Origin: Candidatus Omnitrophota bacterium
GTDB taxonomy: Bacteria; Omnitrophota; Omnitrophia; Omnitrophales; Aquincolibacteriaceae
Direction of reading: 5' to 3'
NCBI GenBank assembly: GCA_035352955.1
Contig: DAOPYQ010000010.1
Coordinates: 3,145-67,144, forward strand
Length of the DNA: 64,000 bases
In this document: positions 52,101 to 55,772 of the stretch, one piece after another
Position numbering within the stretch: the stretch's first letter is position 1
Layout of the letters: each line of letters begins with the position of its first letter
The notes under the pieces: generated by a model
Seen by the model: the letters and a program-made list of their open reading frames with translations, nothing else
Database searches by the model: none
What the model was told of the DNA's origin: nothing
Made by a program: the position numbers and the translations under genes

Positions 52101-53945
52101 CCCGAGCTCGGAAGTCCGGAGATCTGGGAGCCGCTCCTCTCATGGGTTTTACGGAATACGGACAGTGTTCTTTTCTTTTCTCTGGGTGGCCGGAAGGATG
52201 AGGGCGATATCCGGCAACTCCGTGGGTTGACGCAGAAGCTTGCGGCCGAGAATCCGGAAGCGGCCAAGAGGATCGTGCTGGCGCCCGAGAATCTTTCGGT
52301 AACGCGTGTGATTCAATTGATGCGGGTTATGGACCTTGCGATGACGCCGGAACGTTCCGGTTTTTCGGACATTGCGACGGTGCTGAATGTTCCGCAGTTC
52401 GTGGTCGCTAAAGCAAACGATTCTCCCTACCTCACTTATCGGACGAATTCTGTGATCGCGGAACAGGGCGGTTTGCAAAAAACGGGAGAGATCGCGCAAA
52501 GTCTCTCCGCCCGGAAAGACCCGGTCCGGCTCCAGATCCTTGAAAACCGGACCAACAAAATGCCGAAGCATATTCTCCTGGTGGATGACGAACGCACGCT
52601 CCGTTACGTCACAGCGATGTTTTTGCGTGCGAAATACAGGGGAACGAAGGTCACCGAAGCGGGCGACGGGGAAGAGGCCCTGGCAATCCTCCGGGGGGAT
52701 CCTACGATCGATTTTCTTTTGACCGACCTGAAAATGCCGCGTGTCGACGGGATAGCCTTGTCGCGGCAGGCGAGTGATCTCCGGCCGGGGATGCCGATCC
52801 TTGTAATGTCGGCTTATCTGGGGACGGAGGATTCGTGGGCGAGGGAGCAGATTTCGGCGTTCCAGGTTTCCGGGATCCCGATTGCTTCGATCTTGAAGCC
52901 GTTTAAGGGCGAGGAGTTCGAGTCGGCGATCATTGACGTTCGTGCGGTTTCGGAAAATCAAAAATTGAAGGCACAAATCCCCGTTACGCCGGAAGAAGGG
53001 CTCCGGAAAGAGGGACGTGCGGAGCTGCGGTTGCAGGACCTGGACGGTTCGACGCCGGTGGCGAAGAGAATCCTCGGCAGAACGTTCCGGCCGGGGATCC
53101 TGGGTGTTGTGGACCGTTGGGTGCCCCAGGAATTTTTCCCGCAGATTTTTTCGGCTCGGGTTGTGACGGACGGCATGATGCATGCTCCGGGCGTGGCCTA
53201 TTACATGGCGGGCGGGGTCAATGAGGCAAACGTCGGAAAAGCGAATCTCTGGATCGCCGGGCAGTTGATCAGCGAAGAGCTTGCCGTCGCGCCGGGGATT
53301 TCGGACGCGCGGCTTGAAAAATTGCTGACGGTATTAAAAAGCGCTTTGCCGGCCGGCATTCAGCTGCTTTCGCTCGGGGAGCGGGAGGGACCTGAGGTTC
53401 ACGTGAATCTTTCCAATCTTACCGGAACGGACTGGACGGCGCTTTTAAGCGAAAAGAACTGGGTTCCGCTGGTTCCGGATTTTGGGGTCATGTTGGGTGC
53501 TTTGGCGGCCGTTCATGGAAAACTTCTGCTTAACGTGACCGCGGACGAACGGACGGCGCAGGTGATCGAACAAAAATTGCGCGGGGTGGCTGCGAAAAGC
53601 GGGATCTCGCTGGGGCGGAAAGAGCTTCGCTTGATCGCGACGGGCCGTCAGGATCCTTTCGCGTCGTTGTCCGGTGTGACGAAAGCGGATGCCCTGGTGG
53701 CGCAGAACCGGGGGATCCTGGAGCAGGTGGCCTATCGCAAGGGATTGGGATCGCGGTGGGTGACCGATGACGCCGGGGATATGAAGAGTCTTGTGGCCGG
53801 TATTACGACCATCCTCTACGCGGCGATGGACGAACGGGTCGACCGTTTCGGGATCCACCGTCCGTCGGAATATAACCACGGCGCCATGCTGAACGCCGTT
53901 CTCGACGCGATCAAGGGCTACGCCCAGCTCCTCATCGCGGCGTGA
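34152..53945 (+). CDS. Giant multidomain protein (6597 aa) with a signal/TM anchor at the N-terminus. The domains I could read are: a ChaN/TIKI-like region (~34.4-35.9 kb), internal tandem repeats (36.46-36.90 kb), a YvcK/CofD-like domain (~38.38-39.33 kb), a HAD-phosphatase DxDGT motif (~40.70 kb), a PTS-EI-like PEP-utilising phosphohistidine plus TIM module (~44.78-46.10 kb), a GlnD-like HD plus 2x ACT (~47.3-49.0 kb), a GT9-like glycosyltransferase (~51.27-52.41 kb) and a REC receiver (~52.57-52.94 kb).
   Basis: Single uninterrupted frame of 19.8 kb. Motifs: IQDAHANPEAQ / VVLITGGFHSEG; ESGGGAAV...GTDNGGGT...ADLILSGLSSWGTS; MTDMDGTM; GIFATQGDKGTHWVQLL + PLFPMVES + FGVMVETRS + FNFGTNDLTQ; ACT-like NNVLVLNATTVDYPGLIAFVSGMLARNYKLNGRDFSMTD; GT9-like RKIFILGHQGQGNTQLSYDVKHFSVLVPLL...YDYVLDF; HILLVDDERTLRYV...DFLLTDLKMPRVDG. 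Confidence 0.85.
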   Translation: MNKQSRPSWMCRGISFFVAVVFLTTTILWDPSAVLAAVGGMALREQEQFRKDLQSYLYTLPSEIGTLHEIVDGGGRRADGASSVSPTSNLQPPFEFVIHIQDAHANPEAQRNIYRTLKFLAEKYPGLSVAIEGAEGPLYPEYLDLFREFPAANQAVIEDLLQKGELTGAELFVWDNYRATRNAQGATGKTNALSVERGALIAPKVQGVENTELYASNLRAYRDLLFKRGDIQKLLIPIRERLEKESSRALNPGLRGFLKERDRRKEGRYDVSGTVSDANLQAYVRTLRKEISKTLAIDLNDAIEQLRFPNLVRVVLLEKNGQGFDRARAADEWKKLIEEIRPAAKTVAEKQLVEALSVYGAEKVGLEKNSATENSSAKVGRGMLGAPEALYPRKLLERLSVFARGHKIDLADRKAFLESLKFLIFQSEIDVTGLMSEMDSLESQLIAKLSRTDAEKEFVRQLENSGLLVKLLSLELSRAEYRKALEVRGDLAVLVKGNKNLLAALEKAFSFYEGTLKRDGALAENTLALSKQDGGRRMADGASGFSSPFMLHPSSRLVVLITGGFHSEGVREALVEQGAGYASLTPRISKTDHGEMYQRVMADDNADLSAYFKVKNPFLTKQEALLFKETLEIAAPVLSGTYQITGADKARRVQNAFADSPVLSRATAAENLQDPAELRFSPRSAGAMLPQNAAIPSVPVTAGQEFAAHVARAGSVVVSTVPADVSFTGPSVVTVSGARQLSGTFPGSSTATTPVDFRAEKRESPQTSSVAEGVEFSELLAGKVLSEGTKNRWRSLLASDPVFQEFIRRYRGSLEILVRSGRGEQAFARELLEKFPKTDWGASVAEGIELSALLAGEAFSPEAKDRWRALLGSDPAFKQFILKYRDRLELFAGSQSRGDREFAREVLGRVSRAELRAIEETNAKLEASDRAERRGVSYEAVFGVMNAGFLDRVRSGKTVSSDEHILMDLRSKALRELGAAFDEDSADEAVRRIREEVIPSFLVAADAGQRELLRDLLLKQARQYHELVRGFGTVAFDKDRDTRQTLGAKEDVHEDVLYASFQAMDMLTVLGDEKALTELINLSREGLQAHSQSRGLQKLIDGVDKLEKEQRQDDAWKALVEQSSVYEAVRRWTVQQCMLLQSVSRIARQLPQSGARDAAVRLLADILLDHDATAEGYYWLRQQAAYRLRDFDSDVAVQALDREASNKTRPPATTIFITPNLDAANDDTMSVQLQAGMSRMHIHRTRAFVSLRDHSDDFLSSPEFESSQNRFARLVGIQDALIDPVISEAIRIKTLERIGKAQGDAFALAGNILLDALEEMMAQKPGEIFSSKGRQGLLTPGVKKAALKAFMRIAGAVGSRLENNSKLYAGFRSAIGRAAANGSGIAEALHLTHVALANLDRIAQLASFEEGATRLDLSRNIIIESGGGAAVAMAGVVHRMTTDPALAVISGTDNGGGTLLVRGRNAAQFGVPTTAMGDTTRFACEAAVMESAPAALIIRALMSYRCSKGAKSFVDELGQIKDDLFKKARQANGEEAFKKVFDRVLEIAKRVDATGQAVEFNSVRNLVHDGLQLMTEGQGEESMNLDAVYAGFGLFRDLVGSKGFAVVDTPYGNEMVVTTNDGQEKIGQDFFSHTPSGTRFGRERRISRMKDVSNYYPDIPLHSRVSPTIKNADLILSGLSSWGTSLGILFKNPGIVSAMEANHKATKILLANPVRDDETRGMIWREAVDDFIHHMAGVPVESLWNRILTTANTDLDLPIDTAMPQMGTKRDAHDGKMGGYTGANTPTNADIEALQKRGIQVNVSRNWTEVKMTPRRTNPDLFNASILAVSEELAQALWEIMKTTTQKKLTPLPIFTLIERHEELSEKLQQAGLTLEMLGLSDVHKLIFHPGLVKEFTAWLNEGTVPAWIAEKGPEEGWVEYTLRRAIEETTGTRMDPGAIRLDRPLTILQKGGRTVMVEFLSKERTDQVFHASRVPIASDLNKRREEATHRLGKVDFTDYVTKKTVTILFPNELLTVGRNPKDRLDRLKAVLQFQIEKMDWILQDKDAVRLSESNPEAFVGGLAAAGFRIAESLTDEIRILNLEQAIAPTGVGEAQDIFRGHLLSVVEQGLGQAVAVRKEAAYREHLEFLLHLESLAEKDKAADGKDETVAGRNAFLKLIGELSVAIPYQRFLRIAQAQGKVPVTMTDMDGTMSAAGTELTTPMAHAHHDAATSETSAIHYITGQDFRGPKKQIIEPMKQIERILSWLSIRTGVALSREGMHQIFQNMSFGACAGSALFIYKKGVGYIKVNQRSIPKKQVDLIVLASRLSMPKVPYEIEGYQIELREPQMVQRPDGSWKALGFASVAILPSGRFDSKRNWDLPPEAKLRKKQAAIMEALLSDPGEMLRIVKQLLGKGKNADWEFTVRGKDGAERRIKVLPEQKEAVLELFKKNKDKWENPGQIAPIIISAQAGGSTTTDVSGRSKAEGVDFALSDPDFNEIPAIQGRDVTVAAIGDEMQQFESEDPDRPGEKIQSRGNDFAMAEDPVAEIGLLVHTGSWGGTLPNTATAYDPRGIEPFITVDLVTYSGRAVARGENVKRVLEMEKEEPDRFGDISKYLVTSLEDLNESQASELLIARGAGRLEIRAKTGVSSLEASDRAERRTAEDLARAVIDLKMTDPADVEVLRYIQGRLLEKAEKGLKGISGLLSPQQSFNASAGIVADMIGAGTEASDRPLFERMAAFILRPTLDGKFSPRDDRLFEAVRTLFSFTEGVAPSKLRFSGAVRAIGDLLQPGVSLTGGKLRVHENIRQQQAEHFLRLVKTLEGRNERADPSIEQMVINYLLYTGMSRLFREHLVLHTREYSGAAVQKAFLILDAVDKATGRRGELRADAARGFELRYDKASGNYILVKNKREIERISFYRGPIAVAGDLVRALQSEGISVVRDPGDVSRIIFGAGPEAVGESVSVSNFQKLQEWVACSPALAAGAAAAKEPQHPINFFRDGLFVQHIFPEEAAKSGRGVRAERRDAVVEPGPAAEVEGQEEIVMKAKALPISSVSGTVLFMPRTKLSLYWYVDAENLPAALATTLRFTEEMSEDLGVMFPKSTGAYRPFVDLEYYKQKASTLLKEVLELPLPDQGQTGKGLQKVRELFKYRHFLPFVRIGVSEREVLIAKFEKLVAEEADRRDSEIVNSLIQLQGLSYEHWLELKLVLATVQREALQGQALLENMPTLNTATADQWGSPEMVRELGILLSNLGKSHPARSHPALVRFLEDYHDADIASSGAEEGRDLEELIVALKKNGKPEATLLHPLAAISNFLVDEEPQPEPGELGMWRNGFFMDHVRDRIALLSHRARVQQQKEQGENGDELLEKEWALALRAIQGIERQFMAEAQSLESRLRGYHEREKKVAEYKARRANPVGLNAEDLRSLDRKIKDGEQFLEEFKDLSSSLARSQSNMVNLKSNFLNDLNDPEFKIRAFAAVKVSGESLIEYLYREKSGDMRMVTGLALRTLLEELPEASRVMKRGMADLVSNYHVGLRRILETFDDEEKPAAEKSQGSERVWGDGKGPVVVLIRGFVVDSQVENIRKILGKRLVGIFATQGDKGTHWVQLLLSRSNRPGLAFLSEGKYKDLLDNIREGDTVALKLQEGSEEAEVIHHPSAKTLAEIHAAQREEALLRGGEKILEAARTRVPVRVTLDTQNPDALKAEGSAGAGLVRGDVMNHAMRRRYSAVLEAIGRNKFDFEGWFRLWGTVDFRGMKSGADLDHFQQDLTRVLDVDALMEVQGFLAELVAEDLALLRNARGRVPFRTIDLVNDDSKGQEMVNLILEMQRRYPHSNLVRDLNKGFFSFHFYENSQAGLFVLIKQLTAEFIAAHQLAEEGGSPQLAPLFPMVESAAQIDFIQREVLPVATRLAVWNIASQKMKEQNLSNGERFELLRKIEESMREQVLGKTRFGVMVETRSLLRDPEERKKIIAHPLVSFFNFGTNDLTQQAASDAIGHNVRRDDPESSYFFSPMYGELVNEEDALLTDLAAYNRDRPESQNKDADICGQKASDDNFLNPVTQWDRQGIPISVSVPPADIPHVKHVLLRLQQVPAERLDQTTKLPLSARDIELLDLRVSELNASLLGESRKFLKTAYEWHDRYREAGFYRNFYRSDLNPVEGLGSVREFYYLRKLIRSRMSDSRKDDPAEPVTSKTVAAMVRVLSKNGFLLPYEQEGLIRGFVFLDAVRRAYGRLGLTGSIDPSRLEELIAVFSEEEPAPWLPPLPPDATAEDRAKRANAFYKQYFSHANLVFNTMIRYVHEGFMELFPPASENVQVIGTLKSANGREILLRRADRSGVMFERDEGFVYKTAAELYVEPQDMAALDQLLKEDPSAVIELFKMVVGPRGRLRIGYGIQRAIVKAVATMPERQDLSPEMRSKLDRALKEFFTMPEDISYAFWRMHRFGFLRKCCPGYDAMRADFLTGENRFSVHMETFQAIEFMEGLPRRGEFALAHAREVSLKIRKDQGEHASGILRLAVFLDGIMRSVYKTAPMSRDEVAAFVNKELESRGWSGEDRAKISWLIYEKRILADLDPMSDQEVAETLAKVLSGWNQKSGMIDLLYMMLLATRIGSMRPSKILLALRQGPESGLAGWEEFHRVGTAVLDSGTQKSPLIDLYRRAGEVRQFMLAEGAVGELAGELAASIRDPKVFQRLFDEANVVNVPLSAAEKGQILAFLSDPDFFKVLFQKYVERFGWRYIRALDLEEHTRDRKTILKQLLFLAALEFLAGKGKSDALTIAEFPLPLSENRAPYEILIGVPVADSEVLSAVHLTSRALYQHGFVIEDMSASVLGTGSGVVLRFLGVFPAKITDSASELQKVRTDLQKIFERQKWSVVRFLSGSDEKRIVGRRYHAMDNLFRGPLRVWRRGAVGGAASRVKLTPHRFRNNVLVLNATTVDYPGLIAFVSGMLARNYKLNGRDFSMTDLSGGVTRIMAYIERETTSEEPGFQQRIEKEMKERLEYPAAEMDGSKIKNLSEADRAEKRGEKKEAVVRGTTKAGASERKKASAEKIQKPTVDMNWKKIKTDQERTLKNSGVKFYPDVRDGSGAGFEVEMGSARWQYWLETGKDPVSEKSFVRVINWFVSHGRRRVFPEQSSSDRSLSFRPLESAEGPVRAIVSVGINEKEGISVTIADVSPAGFTSPVVRWADKPGTSSEEMLFETSKGSPTSSKGSEGSSGLPQQLGAPDAFLPAHAASPSSAEPSSGELLAKDDSSLGMAVRVPKDRPFLVDVGHRIVTLNPAFDKTRYRFLSVPATRSEDGTVMTVYDRLVWAMTQVLENWAKLPEEVKSGEEKLVSRPSEAGVMTQAKGVKMTEDPELFVARKTAELGKLWKILGDSGPDFAWVLDEDALKDFMAEAAYRNHRGVREFIKKYFEMVLFYAEAGPELRGEMMAGLRDNLPEKFRGRVFSYTAFVKAALLKNRPFSKTVFLRERPPSIVAWKGTKDASWQNSMAFENSVYRFEQGEDWYIAAFAEWAGRTFLFYKTTRLRDWQHADFVRELGSRYEPMADVPGGMTLLSPQLSAKIEALVAGTPGVVKTVDKSVFGNVAREKGLVGFTDNSVLEKVLGSKKLEALKHELENLSLADRPYFVMVWKRPLLGAWIEKRFGRWLDKWLGNSLLIWYKKSASAQIRQTVERMVAMLKERDRVSKERGVSAVASGPDLGQTAPKDRAEKRVGAVTRPLEMSAAEAARVRKIFILGHQGQGNTQLSYDVKHFSVLVPLLLTRFPNAQVDMAVDYANLFAARRFADRVSIVRDPAYSERTEPQEPVRVIYVPTGAIADAVDRGNSAALVDWLAAGGYDYVLDFAQCGVGLEESLFELSQRPAPADGSARPKLPVAFLNMSPLPGTNPSMTDVPDPVFRVDVNLSEGEHLSRVRGTEDLNRTTPLGREARYWEMIFRVYREMGLLRERMDLQLLDLGNWGLDDLEKDWVKPSLEGMLRRSGLSESEARDVLASGRKFIYVNVFSHSYPELGSPEIWEPLLSWVLRNTDSVLFFSLGGRKDEGDIRQLRGLTQKLAAENPEAAKRIVLAPENLSVTRVIQLMRVMDLAMTPERSGFSDIATVLNVPQFVVAKANDSPYLTYRTNSVIAEQGGLQKTGEIAQSLSARKDPVRLQILENRTNKMPKHILLVDDERTLRYVTAMFLRAKYRGTKVTEAGDGEEALAILRGDPTIDFLLTDLKMPRVDGIALSRQASDLRPGMPILVMSAYLGTEDSWAREQISAFQVSGIPIASILKPFKGEEFESAIIDVRAVSENQKLKAQIPVTPEEGLRKEGRAELRLQDLDGSTPVAKRILGRTFRPGILGVVDRWVPQEFFPQIFSARVVTDGMMHAPGVAYYMAGGVNEANVGKANLWIAGQLISEELAVAPGISDARLEKLLTVLKSALPAGIQLLSLGEREGPEVHVNLSNLTGTDWTALLSEKNWVPLVPDFGVMLGALAAVHGKLLLNVTADERTAQVIEQKLRGVAAKSGISLGRKELRLIATGRQDPFASLSGVTKADALVAQNRGILEQVAYRKGLGSRWVTDDAGDMKSLVAGITTILYAAMDERVDRFGIHRPSEYNHGAMLNAVLDAIKGYAQLLIAA
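36458..36900 (+). repeat. Intragenic tandem duplication of two ~219-nt (73-aa) units inside the giant ORF.
   Basis: VAEGVEFSELLAGKVLSEGTKNRWRSLLASDPVFQEFIRRYRGSLEIL... is followed immediately by VAEGIELSALLAGEAFSPEAKDRWRALLGSDPAFKQFILKYRDRLELF... Confidence 0.7.
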
Positions 53946-54013
53946 TCCGCTTAATCCGCTTGGCATTTTCACCAGAAACGGTATAATTCACCCTCTGTTC
54001 TCTCGAATTGCGC

Positions 54014-54091
54014 GTCCCCATCGTCTAGGTCGGCCTAGGACACTAGATTTTCATTCTAGTAACAGGGGTTCGAATCCCCTTGGGGACGCCA
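54014..54091 (+). tRNA. tRNA-Glu (anticodon UUC).
   Basis: Cloverleaf folds by hand: acceptor GTCCCCA/TGGGGAC, anticodon stem CTAGA/TCTAG with loop TTTTCAT (anticodon TTC, A37), T-arm GGGGTTCGAATCCCC, discriminator G, encoded CCA. Near-identical to canonical bacterial tRNA-Glu. Confidence 0.9.
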
Positions 54092-54092
54092 A

Positions 54093-54135
54093 TTATCGCA
54101 GGTGGCTTTTGCCGCCTGCGGTAATTGCTTTTATG
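54093..54135 (+). terminator. Hairpin (CGCAGGTGGC-TTTT-GCCGCCTGCG) followed by a T-rich tract immediately 3' of the tRNA.
   Basis: Inverted repeat with one mismatch, read directly. Downstream TTTTATGG. Confidence 0.4.
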
Positions 54136-54138
54136 GTT

Positions 54139-54305
54139 GGGGATTTGAAGGGAGTCCCGCTTTGAAATATGACTGACGTCATATTTTAGGGGCGGGTGGC
54201 CGACCCGGAACGAAGTGAAGGGCGCCAAATCCCTCCCAACGCTGATCGCCTTGGGACGTTAAACAAATCGAAACTTGTGGTTTCGATTTAACGTTGGGGA
54301 CGCCA
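54139..54305 (+). repeat. Copy A of a ~170-nt repeat element. It begins GGGGATTTGAAG, contains a 17-bp hairpin (CGTTAAACAAATCGAAAC-TTGTG-GTTTCGATTTAACG) and ends TTGGGGACGCCA, identical to the tRNA-Glu 3' end.
   Basis: Aligned by eye with copy B at 63662..63838. Shared blocks: GTGGCCGACC, GAAGGCGCC, CTCCCAA, TTGGGACGTTAAA.AAATCGAAACTTGTGG.TTCGATTTAACGTT.GGG. Confidence 0.6.
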
Positions 54306-54425
54306 TTCATTTCTATCTCTGGCCGACAGAGATAGTCCCAATACCTATCAATTTTAACGAAGTTGAAATTGGGGTAATCCTTGCCGACCATTTGAGAAAT
54401 CAAATATCAGGCAAGGATAGATAAA

Positions 54426-54470
54426 ACGGCCTTGGTTCGATAAACGAGCCAAGGCCGTCTTTATGTCTGC
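54426..54470 (+). terminator. Strong rho-independent-type hairpin (ACGGCCTTGG ... CCAAGGCCGT, 10-bp perfect stem) followed by CTTTATG.
   Basis: Perfect inverted repeat read directly. Confidence 0.45.
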
Positions 54471-54900
54471 ACGTTCTCGCGACTTACGCCAAGTCTAAAA
54501 TCCGAGCTATTCCGCAGATCCGCTGGTTTCAAAACCACAAACCAGTAGCAAACTACTTTGAGCCAATAATTCGCGATCTATCTCTAAATAGGACATAAAA
54601 GTGGTCAAGCTAGTTTTGCGTTCAATCATTGATTCATTAGCAATCCGTATGGATCTGAAACTGCAATGTTGGCTTGATTGACGACTGCAGACGAGGGTAT
54701 CTCTAGCTTTGGCAGTGCGTTAAACGGTGGAGATCAGCTGGGGGCAGGCTGATAGTTGCTTATCCCAGTCCATTTCGATCGATATTGCTTTTTGAATGTC
54801 TCTTTTCTAACCAATAACGTCATTAGGTGCGCTTTTCTTTCTATCTGGCTTTCTCATTCATAATTGACGTGATAGAGAAAGGTTGCTATGATTCCGCACC

Positions 54901-55188
54901 ATGCGTAAGAAATTTATTTGGATATTAGCCATTGTTGCTTTAATCGGCTTTGTGAATTGTGTGCTTGTGGAACCGGCGTTTGCCTATCAAGAACATGCTG
55001 CCGGTTCTTCAGTAAATGATTCTCACGGATGTATGATTTGCAATACCGGCGCGCATCAGTGGATCGCTCTGCAGCCTGTGCTGCCAATTGGGGTCCCTGA
55101 TTTTACGCATGCAGTCTATCTTCCCTCCATCAACATTCCCATAGACCCCTCTCTCGGGTCAATCTTTCATCCACCGACTCTTTTCTAA
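54901..55188 (+). CDS. Small exported hypothetical protein with a Cys/His cluster (HGCMICNTGAH). Possibly a metal-binding periplasmic protein of the czc island.
   Basis: Signal peptide MRKKFIWILAIVALIGFVNCVL. Sits at the head of the low-GC metal-resistance cluster. Confidence 0.4.
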   Translation: MRKKFIWILAIVALIGFVNCVLVEPAFAYQEHAAGSSVNDSHGCMICNTGAHQWIALQPVLPIGVPDFTHAVYLPSINIPIDPSLGSIFHPPTLF

Positions 55189-55280
55189 ACCCGCGCGTTA
55201 TCCGTCTGTAAATTTTCGATAACTTATTTACAGATATATTTCTGTCCCAATAGTGTCGCGTTTAGGAACGGAGTTCTTTC

Positions 55281-55772
55281 ATGAAACTAAAACATTTAAT
55301 CAACATTACTGTCCTATCAGGCATAGTCCTCTTTTTGAGCGGATGCGCCTTGATGCGTTATGACGTAATTCCGCAAACAAATAAAGGTCCTCATGGCGGG
55401 CAAATGATGCGTATCGATCAATGGTGTTCGCCCGGATATGTCGAATTTTTAGCCACGCCTACTGCTGAAGATGAGCAGCTATTTCAGATTTTTAGCTACG
55501 ATAAGAACGTGAATCCAAGAAACATTCACTATTCAAGCGCCGATGTCGAGATCGAAACTCCTGATGGAAAAACAACCTATGGAACTTTGTGGGATACGAA
55601 GCCTTTTTTTTGGAATCGGGGCCTCGGGATTCTTGAAGGCAAAGTGAAGATCAAAGAAAAAGCGTTTAAGATCCAAACCTATTTGTCCCACGGGAATACG
55701 GGCAGTGCAACTGTCGTTGAATTTTCTTATCCGTATTCCAGTTTTAAAGATAGTCCGAAGGCGGAATTATGA
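55281..55772 (+). CDS. Hypothetical lipoprotein.
   Basis: Lipobox VLFLSGCALM. The stop overlaps the start of the downstream czcC-like gene. Confidence 0.55.
   Translation: MKLKHLINITVLSGIVLFLSGCALMRYDVIPQTNKGPHGGQMMRIDQWCSPGYVEFLATPTAEDEQLFQIFSYDKNVNPRNIHYSSADVEIETPDGKTTYGTLWDTKPFFWNRGLGILEGKVKIKEKAFKIQTYLSHGNTGSATVVEFSYPYSSFKDSPKAEL

Noticed and set aside
34350-53972. Dozens of 60-470-aa ORFs on the minus strand and in the other plus frames across the giant gene (e.g. 38952..40283, 41289..42695, 45111..46358, 47583..48656, 51138..52094, 52149..53183).
   Set aside because: They are Arg/Pro/Gly/His-rich and low-complexity with no recognisable motifs. They all lie antisense or out of frame to a continuous domain-bearing 19.8-kb ORF. 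This is the typical stop-codon-poor antisense artefact of 60% GC DNA.
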